Position numbers and translations under genes: made by a program
The notes under the pieces: generated by a model
Seen by the model: only the letters and a program-made list of their open reading frames with translations
The model's database searches: none
What the model was told of the DNA's origin: nothing
Shown: positions 40,734-54,134 of the stretch, in pieces
How the letters are laid out: each line of letters starts with the position of its first letter
Numbering within the stretch: the first letter of the stretch is position 1
Source: Tubiluchus corallicola
Lineage: Eukaryota; Animalia; Priapulida
Assembly (NCBI GenBank): GCA_030141605.1
Contig: JAQGDQ010000455.1
Span: 121,776-185,775 of the forward strand
Reading direction: 5' to 3'
DNA: 64,000 bases

Positions 40734-41813
40734 TGCTACGTTATGTTATAGACCACAAAATTCGTCATTATGTAACAATCATTACGTAACAAAAACGATG
40801 CATTATGTAACAGACTAGTTTGGTCGTGGTTTACAGTAGGGCCTTATCACGGTCTGGACGTGGTCTAAATATCGGACTGGCTCATTGTTCCAGATATAGG
40901 TTTCGCTCTTGTTTAGACGGTGGCTGGCTTTCTCTGTAGTTTGGCCTTAACTACTCGACAAACTTCGGGTTATTACATTATGCATTTTTGGGTATTATAT
41001 TACACGTTAGTTTTTTATTAAATTACGGGGTAGTCATTACATTATGTATTGATTTTTATTACATCATGTGTTAGTTTTTTTCTATTTTACAATATCAGGT
41101 GTCAATTACATTATCAGTTGTAACAGGCCTGTCTGAGGTTTCAGCTGCCAGGTGTCTCAGCAGTCTGTGGCAGATCTGTATGAGATCTGGTCTGCCGTGA
41201 ATCCGGCCACTGGTCTGTGTAGGGTGACTTCCGTCTCCAGTTGCGAGGTTGAACGGGTAAAGTAAAGCTGCTGATTTTTTCCGACCTCAACTGATGCCCT
41301 TAGGTTGTCGGGCTGACCTCGTATTTTTCATAAAATTTTCATCGGTAGGTTTGTTTGAAGTAATTTCCGCTGACCCGTCTCCTACGAGAAATCTCATCGT
41401 GGACTCAAAAACAGGTATCACATGTCAGATCCAACCCAGCCATACAAACCAAACGCAGACCAAACGTCTAACAGACCAGACCTCATACAGACCAGAAATT
41501 GATAGGTATAGGCAGACCAAACCCTAGAAAAGCCAGCCATAGACCAGTCGTTAAAGCTCAGACTCCACAGCCAGACCCACCTTTAATACAAAAAGAAGTT
41601 GATCCAGACTAATAGTTAGCGGTAACCTAGAACGCGAAAAAACCCAACCAAAGACCACGACTAAACCATCATTGGTTTATGGTAAAATGCATAATTTTTG
41701 TTACATGAATGGCGCGAAATGTTTCATAATGATTGTTGCGTAATGATGGTTAGATAATGACGTAGAATTTGACATATTACGAATTTTGTGATTTATTACA
41801 TAACTGAAGCAGC
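40734..41813. mobile_element. Degenerate foldback/MITE composite
   Basis: Ends gctacgttatgttatagaccacaaaattcgt and acgaattttgtgatttattacataactgaagc are inverted; GGTCTG motifs on the left mirror CAGACC motifs on the right. Confidence 0.55.
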
Positions 41814-42129
41814 AATGCTACAATGCTACATTGTTACGTAACGAGCCTTAACAGCACCCTGTATCTTCGAATCGTAGCTCAAGCGTATACCTAAGTGTCA
41901 TCTCTTAGCTTAGGCAGTAAAAAATGTGTTACCAATTCATAAACTAACTATACGCATTGATTGCAGACTATGCTGTATTAATGAGATAGGTTAAGGGAAA
42001 ACAACTAGATAAACGGCGTGCTATAACATAACATGAATTACTTTATTTGTGCTTATAGTGTGTGCTTATAATTTTCAGGGCAAAGTCGATTATACCATTG
42101 CAATACCGTGTGTAAATATGTACTATAAG

Positions 42130-42680
42130 TTTAAAAAAATTCGTGGATCATAGAATCGCAAAATCAGACCTAAATTTACGGAAACGTTAACTTTATAACA
42201 AAAACTAGATGTATTTTACCCACCGCTGCCTTGTAAAATCTCTGTGACTGTATTTGGGATTACTTTTGTCGTACAAATCAGGTCTAATCTCTACAGCCAG
42301 TGCGATTTGTTCGTTCTCCATTATGAAAATGAACTTGTCCGTCCGAAGAAAAAATGGTTGAGCAATTAAAGTGTGGATCAGTGCGAGTATGTGGCTTTCC
42401 GTGCGGACTCAGTGGAAACGACAAGGACGTAAAACAAATGATTTGCGAAGGCGCGCTGTTACTTCAATATTTTTCCGTGTGAGTCACACAGAATAAATCC
42501 CTGCCTGTGCGGACTCAGTGAAAACGCGGCCTTAGGTGGGAAAAATCACATTATTGTATAAGTAAACTAGGCACTGGCAGACGTAGTACATAGGTGAAAA
42601 TATACTTATTATTATACTTAGAACATCAAAGTGCTAGGCGAGGATTATCGGCGGTGTGAATTAAGTGAAAATAGTACGAA
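42130..42680 (-). repeat. Direct duplicate of 39275-39795
   Basis: High identity over ~500 bp, including flank beyond the TIR. Confidence 0.9.
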
Positions 42681-44555
42681 AAGAGTTCATGTGTGAGTGT
42701 GTACGTGCGTACGTGCATGCGTGCGTGCGTGCGTGCGTGCCTTGTACACATGCAGAAGATGAACCAGTCAAAGCAGAGCTGGTGCTTAGCAGTGTGTGCA
42801 GGTGCACTACAAAATGAAACAGGTGAAATTGTGGATTAATTACAATAGGCATTTGGGTGAAACCTAAGCTATGTGTCAAATTTTTACATTTCGGTTAGGT
42901 AAAACTTCAGTTAAAAAATCATTAGGTCACTCCATCACACGGTCCACACAGTCTGGTTTTCAGTAACACATAGGCCTAATACATAGATGTGCTCGAGTTC
43001 ACTTAAGTTGTTTGTATTTGTGCAAAGGCTAAAGCAGTTTACTGTACACATTTTCAGAATCTGACATAAAAGGGCGAATAGCCATTTGTCAACATACTGC
43101 AATATTTCGTTTCCTAGGCGAAATTTTGTTTGAGTTTTGTCCTTTAGCTCTTTGTTCATCTATAATAAATGTTACGCTCTGCATAAGTGAAGGTGAGCCC
43201 AAAGGCCTTTCTGTGTTTGAGTTTTTTAGGTGGTTAATGCAGATTTTACTGGGTAATAAGTACTGAATAAGTATAAGAAGTACAAGTACAATGTCATGTA
43301 GATTAGCTAAACCGATATGTTCAATGGACGTTATTATAGACTATTTCAAATCAGTGACTAGAAACCATTAAAATGATACATAATATTAAAACGTGATATT
43401 AAGGTCATGGTCTTGCTTAAGAAGCCATATCCTAAAAATACAAGAAATATTTGGGTGGAATCACTTCTGGAATTTCGCGAAACCGAAAATCTAAAGACAT
43501 TAATTGAATCGTCATGACACGCTAAGCAAATCTAGACTATTTTCGCTGTTTTAGCGTTTTTAACATGAATCTTGAAATGTGACACTCGATGTGGAATGTA
43601 CAAAGAATGGCTTGTAACACACCATAAGGCAAACGAACGCCGCAATTAATAAGCGAAGTGAAAAAACTCAACGGCAATAAAAAACAGTGAAAAATCAACT
43701 TGAAACCATTTTGTATTTTGCGAGATGTGAAGGTAGTAAAGAGCAATATATTTCTCACGTAGAGATCCAAAACGTATTAGAAATTTTTATGAATGCACGT
43801 TGCTGAATTTTGACATTGCTCCTCTGGGCTCAAGTAACACAATAATAAACGTTTTATGACTAAAATGGTTTTGGAATTTAATATATGCGGGCCATTACAT
43901 CAATAGTCTTGGGTATAATTCTGAGTTGTTGTTTACCGCCCGTTTTCTCGACTTGACAACCAAAGGGCAAAAATGACGCAGCCCAAGTCGTCACACAAAT
44001 GGCTGTTGCTTATTTAAAAATAACCATAGCATGTTTTTCAAGTTGGAATGTCTGCTAGAGAAATTAGCCCAAATTGTAATGTAGTTGAACTGGTCAGCGA
44101 ATTACAGCTGTCAGGCATCAGCATGCAAGCGAAGGGGCCACAGTCCACACATCATGTAGAAAACTGTTTTAGTTCACTGCGCACAGAGGCTGAGCGCCGA
44201 GGAGCGAGCATGTTATAGTTTGAACGTCTTTTCGTATATTCTTTTCACTCACTCATCTTACTGTTTCAGAAACCGGTCAGGACAGCGAACGAGGTGGCTG
44301 GAGCTGCATTATTTATTATACTGCATTCTAGTGTACTACTGGTAATAATTTATGTAAAAGTAATGTGAGCTGGTTAACGAATAATTTACGCAGTACGCAC
44401 ATTGGTCTATAACATTTGTCACGTGACTCAGATGTAGCCTAAGCTTGAACGGTTATTATGTATTTCTGCAGATGTGTTTGACTGTTTCAGGAATCACAAA
44501 TGGTAGAAGCTGTGATGGCGAAAAGGTTTACGAAGTTTGGTAATATCATTCGAAT

Positions 44556-45188
44556 ATGGCCAGTGTTTTACTAAACGAAACCGTGCCAGACTTTGCAGGA
44601 AACGTATCTGAAGTTTCGACGGATACGGTAGCATTGAGTTTTAACGCGACAGTGTTCAGTAATGAGAGTGATTTGGTGTGGTTTGGAAATTCTTCCAATG
44701 AGGCGTACAACGGGACGGAGCAGGTGGGACCGTTTGTTCCACCTCCTCCTCCAAATTTGCTGGAGTTCAATCGTGAAAGGTATCTTACTGTGATCGGATA
44801 TGGAGTTCTCTTTCTAATTGGAGCAGTGGGAAATATTACAGTTCTAGTAACACTACTTCGAAATAGGCGACGCTCAAGGATAGTGTCTCGTGTGAATTTC
44901 TTAATAATGCATTTAGCTATAGCCGATCTGATCGTTACGTTTGTTATGATCCCATTAGAAGTTGGCTGGGCGATAACTATAGCGTTTAAAGCCGGTGACG
45001 TCATGTGTAGAATCATGGCTTTTTGGAGAAATTTTGGACTGTACTTATCATCTTGGGTTCTAGTAGCTATAAGTTTGGATAGATACTTTGCTATCGTGCA
45101 TCCTCTAAGTGTAAGAAATGCTGGATTTCGAGCCAGGGTTATGCTAGGCTGTGCATGGGGTGTTAGCACAATATGCAGTTTACCTCAG
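44556..45188 (+). CDS. GnRH/adipokinetic hormone (AKH/ACP) receptor-family GPCR, first coding exon (N-terminus to TM4; gene partial)
   Basis: In-frame TAA at 44541 upstream of the ATG; six NxS/T sites; GAVGN, HLAIADL..MIPLEVGW, AGDVMCRIMAF..FGLYLSS, SLDRYFAIVHPL; phase-0 donor after SLPQ|gtgagt, the intron position typical of GnRH-type receptors. Confidence 0.93.
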
Positions 45189-47889
45189 GTGAGTGACTTT
45201 ATTGGTGTTACTGCTAGTGACGTGAGTTGTGATAAATTTATCTGCTATTGTGTTCATATGAGCTTAATACTTCGAAACGGACGGCAGGTGCATTTGCTAA
45301 TTAATTATTATAGCAGTCCCATATTGCTGATAATACTGTGACAAGTCTGCAAATGTTGCGGGTAACAAGTATCAAGTCATAGGTATCATAATAATATTAT
45401 AGACCAACTTGGTATTTTACCGAGTGTGGCGAACTTTTTACTACAGATTAAGGGCAATTGTTCCACAGTTCTGTTTACACTGTCACTCGGTACAAGTGTT
45501 ATAAAATCACGAACTCATGAGCCGAATCAGAACATGTAAATTTTATTGAAATTATAATTATTTAAATACTGTGATACCAACTGTTTATCAAACTAATAAT
45601 AGTCCTGCCCAAAAATGGTTATACAGTCCCAATCAAATATAATTTTATAGTAAATGGTGTTACGCTGCTGATAAACTGATCCTATCTACTATCCTAGGAA
45701 GAATTAGACATAGCAGATGACCAGCCTTTTTTATTGCCGTCTATTTGTTTAGTGACAAAATAATATGTTCAAATATTATACGCAAGGACGATTTCATTCT
45801 CCGTGCATGACACTAGCTGACAGCATGAGAACGTTCGTAATACAAATCTGAGTTAAGATATTCGAATGTAACAGTACAAACTTTCTTGTGGCATAGGTCA
45901 TTTATGTGTGATAATTGATCATAAAGATGTAGACAGCAGTCACTTCAAATTTGTCTTGGTACATCAAACGTGACATAGATCACCCAAATGTGACAAAATA
46001 TTTGAAACCGAAGAACATATTGTATTGTTTTTAAAAAAAAATTAATTTGACGGATCTTTAAGAGAAGCACACACTTTCTGCAAAATGCTTAGGCAGCTAG
46101 CCACTTCTGTATGCCGTTTTTACAATGCAAACACAGTCGAAATTAACTTGTAAACTATGTTTGTAAAATATGTCGGATCATTGATACCCTTGGTTTTATT
46201 TCCAAGATAAGACATCTCTCGCTGGGCGGGAGAAATGGCATGCTGTATGGCGAAAACATGTAAAAAAGTCGTTCTATTAAAAATACAAAATCTTGCACCA
46301 CTGCCTAGCAGGCTGAGAGAAAAAATGTAATACACACAAAATAGGTATGACGTTTTAAAAGCTCAGCCAAGAAATTCATTGGTATAGCCTAGCTGCCAAG
46401 TGCCTGTAAATCCTTCCCGAGATCCTGGCCACCCTGTTCGGGCTTTTTTTTACATTGCTTCATGCAGCCGTAGTTAACTCCTTTGCAAATGAAATGTAGT
46501 CTTCTCCTTTATTGTATGATTGTGGGATTCTCTAATTATCAGCACGGACAATTTTTGATAACGCATAGTGAAAACTTAATGAAAACTTAGGCCTAGTCTA
46601 CATCCATAATGTACAGGTATTTGAACAGGGAATGTCTTTATCAGTCCTGTGCATTAAATGCGAGATGGCTAATTTGGAACAATTTGTTTTTGTGTTAACA
46701 GTAAAAACAGGCTTTTGATATTTTCTCCCTAATCAGCAGTTTACGTATGGTGATAAATTTAGTTTTAAGCTAAGAAAATAATCAAAAATGCCTATACTCA
46801 TAATTTTAAGGCGGCCACATTTAACTGCGTCACGTTTGGATCAGTTGGATCACGTTTGATATTACGCGCGGTAGTGACGTAGATCCGGTCCCACCACAGC
46901 CTTACACCATTAGCTGTAGAGCCGTTGACTTACGGCTTGCTGTGTGGCTGAGCTGTAGAAAAAATAAGCTGTCTTTTATTAATTTATTTATGCTGGACTC
47001 TTATACAGTATTTAAAATCGGTTGTTAATTATTCAGTTTCCTCTGCTGCTGACCAGTTGTTCAAGAATCTAGATCAAGGGCAAGGAGATGTAATTGCTCT
47101 TGCCTACAGATAGATGGATTATAGATAGTCTCTGACCAATCAGCAGTAGTATAGCAGAAGCTAATATTTGCTGGACTAAGTCCTGTATTCTCTTGTCTTC
47201 AGGGCAAATTTCTTGTTTTAGTAATCTGCCTGCTGTCTATGCCTATACAAATGCACTGTCCAATGTCCAAGAAATACGCATTCACTGTTCTACATGATGA
47301 AATATTGTTATGCCCCACCAATGCCTTGCAAGATGCGTACTGCTGTTAAACGTTAAGTTGTTGACACATCGCGTTCTGTTCATTGGGGTTCTCTTATTTT
47401 TAAAAACAGTGTATGCTATAGGCGTCTACTGTACCATGCAGAGCACCTGTTGAACACTAGCTCTAGCGCTGATGGTGGTGGTGCTGCTGCTGGCCAGTGT
47501 TATTGTGCCAGTGTATCCAGGTCAAACGATCAGTGCTGTAGAAAGCACACTGCTTCACAGCTTTTTCAAGTTTGTAAATATTAAGTTATTATGCTTGAAG
47601 TGAAAGGCAATAATTTCTGATATTTTTTGTAGATAATATACCCGGCCTGAGGTAAACCTGTTTAGCAAGTTTTTTTTGTTTTATGCCAGTCACGATTTAA
47701 AAAATAATTTACTGCTCATAATAATCATAGAGATGTACAACATTATGAGTATAGTCAGAGAATTATATCCGCGAGGCGCGCGAATACGAAAAGATTTTGA
47801 TATCGGTGAAAAGGGGTTTAACGTTTTGTTATTCAAACGGCGTTTTTAAATAGAATGTATGACTGATAGGCGTCTAGCGACATTTATTG

Positions 47890-48440
47890 TAGCTAGATTC
47901 TGCTGGACTTCCGCAAAGCTTTTGGCACTGTGTCGCATCATGATTCCATTATAAGCTCTATTATTATGGCCTTCCATAGGACTGCAGCTTGGGTATCGGG
48001 TTTCCTTTCTTGGTCGAACTCAAATAGTATTTATCAATGGAACAAAGTCTTCTTGGTCCCCAATATCATCACTTGTGCTGCGGGGTTCTGTCCTGTTGCA
48101 AGTTTTATTCCTTCTGTATGTCAACGACAATAGCACATATCATCCCAATTTGGACGTTTCGCCAATGATAGTGTTACCTACAAGGAGCTAACATCTCGGG
48201 AAGATCAAATTCAGTTGCAAGGTGAATAAGAGGAAGTCCGTCGGCGGTCTAAGGTCTGACTTATGCAGTTCAACACTACAAAGTGTTACATTCTGATTAT
48301 TATCAATAAACAGAAAACAAGCTTCTCCCAATATACAATTGCACGTGTAGTACACAGTACCAATGTGTAGTGTCCTACACGTGTTCAATTTTGCTTTGAA
48401 GAAGCAGGATATGGAACAGTGTTCCATCCAGAACAGTAAA
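47890..48440 (+). mobile_element. CR1/L2-type LINE reverse transcriptase relic in the GPCR intron
   Basis: ILLDFRKAFGTVSH, GSVL..LFLLYVND, FANDSV (~FADD), QFNTTKC and WNSVP, in order, with frameshifts. Confidence 0.75.
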
Positions 48441-49499
48441 GGCGAGTTCCGGCATCGTATGTTACACCTGATGCCATCAGACTCAGAGTCATGCACTCTT
48501 GAAGTCGTCTGTTAATATGGGATGATTGTAAAAAATTACACATGTTTTAAATAACCACACTAATAACCATACCTAGCGCCTTCAGCTACATATTCCTTTA
48601 TCATATCGAGTGGACAAGGTTGGCTGATGCAAAGGGCACGTTGATGTCACACAGCATTCCAGTTTACTGAGATTTTGAGATTAACAATTCTCATTATTCT
48701 TCCATGTAAAAATTTATGTCTACAATAAAATTATAATCACGTACATGGTTACTATAATTTTATCCTTGAACTTATCCTATTCAATTTCCTTTTCTGGAAT
48801 TATTTTATGGTCAAGCTTTTTGTTCCTACGTTTGTTTATTTCGTATTCAAGCGTTTCGCATTCGCAAAGCATTTAAATCAGTGGTGAAATAACACAAAAT
48901 GCGAAAAGTGATTCATAAGTTTCAAACTGCAATGACCTCGAATGACTTTTTAAGCAACAAGACAAAAGAAACCTACATAAAAAATAAAAACTTGCTTTTT
49001 CCGGTTATTATGCTGATTTTAATAAAGTTCTGTAATTTAGTTTTGTTCTGTCCTCTTGTGAAACACTGTATTGGGTAAGCCCCATATTGCTAGACTGCAT
49101 ACTATTTTGCTATGTGAGTTTAATATATAGCAGCAATGTTTATCTGCGGGTAAGTGGAAGCAATCTGGTATTAATTTGATAATATTAATTATTGGCGCCC
49201 GTATGGATCATTTTGTTTGTATCAGTCAGTGTCAATTGTGTGTGAAGTCATTACGTTTAAGGAGGGCAAAATATGAGTGGTTTATTCGTATTTTAGTATT
49301 TTTATTCATGCTATAAATATAGGAAATTATACAGCGGCATTATTACAAAGATTTGTATTGCATGAGGGACGTCTACCAGGTTAAGAATAAGGACTCACAA
49401 AATTAGTACAAAAAGAAATATTATTAGTATCAAAACAGCCTTATCAAAAATCATCAAGTTTCTTAGAAAGGGATTTTGACTTTGAACAGTTTAGTTTAT

Positions 49500-49900
49500 A
49501 ATTTCAGGAGACAATTAAAGCATTCAAAGCACAGGGCGATTGCCAAAACAGAATTTGTATAACATTTCCAGTCTGGAGAACTTGCTCAAAAGTTTAAAAG
49601 CATGTCCTTTTAATCCAGGACGGGGTGCAAATTGCTAAGCGAGAAAAGTCAGCAAAAGTCAAGTCAACAAAGTGTTGACAAATTTCATACATTTTTAAAC
49701 CGAAAATAATGCGCCTTTAAATGGATATTTAAAAATCTTATTCTATCTACATATTTATTAATAAACGTTAAATTGCAAGGAAAAAATAACGTTGGACTCT
49801 CTGTAAGATCAATCAACGTCTTTTGGTAAAGATTCCAGACTGGAATACAATATTCTAATTCAGTATTCGTGTCTATTTCAGCCTTTCTTCTTCCCTGATA
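49500..49900 (-). mobile_element. CR1-type LINE 3' relic
   Basis: LEYCIPVWNLYQKTLIDLTE (~LEYCSPVWNPY..DI..LE). Confidence 0.55.
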
Positions 49901-50036
49901 GTATATAACCAAAGTGTATTTTCAGGCAAAGGAATCCAAGCTTATGGGCCATTTGTTTAGCGATATTGAGTTAACCGTTATACCATTTACACTGGAAGAG
50001 AAAACTGGGGTGATTTGCAAGTGACTGGGCAGAGGT

Positions 50037-50730
50037 TAAAGGGGAAACAGGTCATTTTAAAGTATGCACCAGAAATCTTTACGTTTATCTGTTTGAAAGA
50101 CTTCTGTAACTATAAAACAAAATTCTTAGTAATTTAAAATATTTGCGCCAACTGGTAAAACGTCACTGACTCGCCTTCCCAGTGCGCACCATCGACTCAC
50201 CAAAAAGCTTATTATTAATCTTATTGACAATATAAAGTAATTTACACTTTTGCTTAGTTAGCTAAGAGTGTGCTTCGAATACTTTTATCATTTTTTCAAA
50301 CTTTAGGCAATGTTATCTAAACTTGTTTCAAACGACTTAAAGTGGTGTTTACCCAGCGTCCGAATGCGGATGCGCTTTGGGAGGTGCGGAATGTATAAAA
50401 TCGATTTATATTGTTTTCAATGCACCCGCTTATGCAGCTGCGTATGCGCTATTTTTTCTGCAGCTATTCCTTTTGATTTGTTTCCGCAGGCTATTTCGTA
50501 GCTGCTCGTAGAAAACGCTTGCGCATCCGCATCCGGACGCTGGGTAAGCGCCACTTACCTTTAAAACAGCTGCGCCTAACGGTCATCACGGGAGTTTAAA
50601 TTACAAGTTTTATACAGCGTTACTGCTAAAATGCAAGCTCTGCATACAATAACACAGCATGCTATGAAATTTCAAGACGAGCTTTTAAAGCTTTATTTAT
50701 AGAGTGTTTTTTGTGTTTTAAGGTTTCTAG
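50037..50730 (-). mobile_element. Dispersed repeat family B, copy 3, interrupted by a MITE
   Basis: Reverse-complement homology to 23050-23560; terminus TTAA|AGGGGAAA (Kolobok-like). Confidence 0.7.
50341..50555. mobile_element. 215-bp MITE (Harbinger/Tourist-like)
   Basis: 35-bp TIRs at 50341-50375 and 50521-50555 with 3 mismatches; TA/TAA target; absent from the other family-B copies. Confidence 0.85.
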
Positions 50731-51912
50731 CAAATCACTCTTCATCGTTCATATGAATCAAGTGAGATGCCATAACTGAATGGAGAAGTTGTGATTAAGC
50801 TGAACGTTATGCACATCGTCCAATCAGTGAAATTCAAATATTCGTTCGCTACTGATGACTAATTGCATACATTGGACAAGTCCTATCAAACCGTGAACAC
50901 GCATATAACAGATTATTCAGAAAATATTATAAGGCATTATCAATGGCTTTATCAACGAGTTTCAAACAAAGATGCAAAGTCACTTCAGGTTCAGATAGTT
51001 TCTGAGCTCTCTTCTTCTGGTCGACTGAAGGATTCAGTTAGTAGATATCAAATTGGACGATTTCTTACGGTAAAACCGTACGCGCTAAGACCTTAACGTG
51101 TTCAATATGATTGTTTGCACAAATTACAGATGCACTCGTACCATGTTCATAGTAAAAAAATTCGGAGGGCAATATTGTACGAAGCGCGAAGTTTTGCTAG
51201 AAGCGTGCCTTTATACAATAGCCAGAGCGTCTAAACAAATGTGATTTAACATTACCTGAGCAATAATAAAACTGCGTGCACAGCATATAGTTGGCTCTCG
51301 CATAAAACAAACGTAACTGATTAACAGAAATTATTTATGATTATGGGTATTTATAAGACAAATAAAAATGTATATATTAGATGGTTCTGTTGTGTGAATA
51401 CTCTGAAGCTTGTTTTAAATCTTCTTTGTTGCAGTCGTCTTACGTCGTCTAAAGACGGAAAACGGCAACAGTAATGTACTGTCAAATTCCATAGCTGCCT
51501 GTAGGAGCTTTCACTCTAATTACACAACTGAAATTTCAGACGAACAATCACAATAATCGCCTGACAAGAGAAGTTGAGTGATTGAAGATTTTACTGTGAT
51601 AAGATAATGTTTATTTAGGGTCGATCTGATGCATAAAATGCGAGCAATTGCAGTTTTCTACCGCCCAAAATCAACAAGGTGAAAACTAATATTACTAAAA
51701 CAATTTAAAAACAACTTAAGTTATTGTGCAGTTATTATAAAACATGTTTTAAAAAACTTTAAATATTCTTATTACACCAGGAATTACGTTAAAAGTTGCG
51801 TGTAAATGCATAAATTACATTTACATGTCTACCTATTCTATGGTTTTAGCAACTTAGCAAAATGTTTATAGCTGCTACGGGCGTGAAATGGGTAAGTAAT
51901 TCATTTTATACT

Positions 51913-53136
51913 TAGACCAGGAGCCCAGAACGTTTAATCATACGAAGAGGGGCAAAGCGTGTGACATGCTCATTTAGTAGCTCAAACATATTTACTTCAA
52001 AGAACCAGATTGCTGCCGACCTCTGGCATGAACATTAAGGGGCTAGGAGGCCTTATTTAGGCCCCCAAAAGTCATTTAATTAAACATAGATAGGCAAAGA
52101 CCATTTCTCATCCATATTGATTCCTAGTGAGCCAATATTTCAAAAATGGCACTGGGTTCAGGAGAAGGTGGGTAATCAAAAAACATCAGTGACAGCAATT
52201 TTTTCCTGAACAGAAGTAATTAACAACAACATTTTTCTAGGGGTCACCAGCATTCGATTTATTCATATATTGATCGGCAAGGGTTAAACTTGGCCAGAAC
52301 GATTAGTACAATGTTCCAAGCACAAAATCATCGTCTTTGTGCTAGTGTGTAGATTCAGATAGTGCATGGTCGGAAGACAGTGACGATGGAGACAATGACA
52401 ATGATTCTTAGCTGCGTTAAATTTGAATTGCTTTCTGGCAGTGACTAGCTTAAACTGTTGTGTTCATTTTTGATGAAGCTTGTTTTTTGCATCTGTGTAT
52501 ATATATTCAGGAACGTTTACAGCATTTATTGGTACTTCATTCCATCGAAAAAACTTTTTTTTAGGTCTTTGAGAATAGTTACTGTTTTTGACTATAGTCA
52601 TGCGTAATTTACTTTTGTTGATTATTTCGTGCATATGTTTTCGAATTGCATTGATTTCATCCTTGCCGGGCAATGTATGATTACATTTGGCAGTCTTGTT
52701 ATTTTCAGAAAATTCTTACTGTTCATGTAAACGTTCAGGAAAAAATTGCGGTCACTGATGTTTTTTTTGATTATCCACCTTCTCCTGAACCCAGTGCCAA
52801 TGATTTTTTTCATGCCGTACTTCGTTTGATTAGATAACTTTTTAGGTCATCTTGAAGGTCACTGTTCAAGGTCACGTTCAGCTCAGAATTGCTGTCATAT
52901 GTATTTTTGAAATATTGGCTCACTAGGAATCGATATCGACGAGAAATGGTCTTTGCCTATCTATATTTAATTAAATTACTTTTGGGGGCATAAATAAGGC
53001 CCCATAGCCCCTTAATGTTCAGGCCAGAGGTCGGCAGCAATCTGGTTCTTTGAAGTAGTATCTTTGAGCTACTAAATGAGCATGTCAAACCTTTTGCCTC
53101 TCTTCGTATGATTAAGCGTTCTGGGCTCCTGGGCTA
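51913..53136. mobile_element. Long-TIR non-autonomous DNA transposon (Academ-like)
   Basis: TAG...CTA termini; ~295-bp inverted arms (51913-52211 vs 52732-53136, with ~100 bp extra in the right arm); flanks tact/tacg (imperfect 4-bp TSD). Confidence 0.85.
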
Positions 53137-53325
53137 TACGTACAAACTTGTATTCACTTCCAAAATCTTTCCCGAAAGACAGTGTGAAGTCCGAGAATCT
53201 AATTATTGTTACATCGCAACTGTCTTGCAACAATTAGCAACGGTTTTGCAGATTAGGCTTTATAATCTGGTCTCATGATAGCTACATTTCATTCGCTGTT
53301 GCGGCAAGACTTGAAAGCTCTTAGA

Positions 53326-53445
53326 GGCTAACTGCCACACCTGGGACAATTTTTGAGACTCAGCAGCAGACATGGCTGTGATTATTGGCTAACTGAAACA
53401 CCTGGGACGTTTTTTGAGAATCAGTAGTAAGCATGGCTGAGATTA
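53326..53445. repeat. Imperfect ~61-bp tandem duplication
   Basis: ggctaactg..acacctgggac..ttttgaga.tcag...catggctg.gatta x2. Confidence 0.8.
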
Positions 53446-54068
53446 AGAAACCATCATTCATTTACGTCAGATAGTATATTAAGAATTAAGAGAGAAAATC
53501 TCCGAATGCCTCCGGATTTCTTTGTGACGTCACAACGATAGCTAATCATATTGTTCTTCCAAACACGGCAGTAGGGTTTGCGAGAAGGCTGGCAACACTT
53601 GTGTTGATCTTCAAACTCAGTTCAATTCAGTTCAGTTTGTTTGCACAAAAACCTTTTTGCAGTGCACGTAGAACATACAGTGTATGACTAGTGGACGTTT
53701 TTGACTGTGTCAAAAACTGTGGTAGGATTCTGCTTCTGTGACAGGAGATCCTTTATGTGACAGCTTTTGTTTTTCAAATAAAAATATTTTTCAACATAAA
53801 GTTAACACTTAATGTATGTAAGTATTGTTGTGCTTGACATTAGATGCTTCACTGAAATCGGAATTTCTTAGTTTTTCACCAGTGGCTTGTAATTCAAGGC
53901 TCTGAAGTGCATAATAATGCCTCTATTGAATTTCCCGTATTTTCTTACGGATTGCATTTCGTTTTAGTAAAATCAAACTCCCCAGTCTAATTCTTGAAAC
54001 TGAAATAAGCATTTTGCATAATGTCCAAACAGTGTGAAGTGGGTGTAAACATATGACAGAAAGTTTTA

Positions 54069-54134
54069 ACCGGGATTCGAGCCCACAACCTTTAGATACA
54101 AAGTAACCATGCTAACCAACCGCACCAAGCTGCG
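54069..54134 (-). mobile_element. tRNA-derived SINE head or tRNA pseudogene
   Basis: Minus strand has A-box-like TGGTGCGGTTGG and B-box GGCTCGAATCC; acceptor and anticodon stems do not pair. Confidence 0.55.

Noticed and set aside
44265-44288. REST/NRSE-like TTCAG..GGACAGCG upstream of the receptor
   Set aside because: Left half is degenerate, the spacer is non-canonical, and REST is essentially chordate-restricted
44546-45169. 207-aa antisense ORF
   Set aside because: Shadow of the GPCR exon with no recognisable motifs
54069-54134. Functional tRNA gene
   Set aside because: A and B boxes are present but the stems do not form; treated as a SINE head
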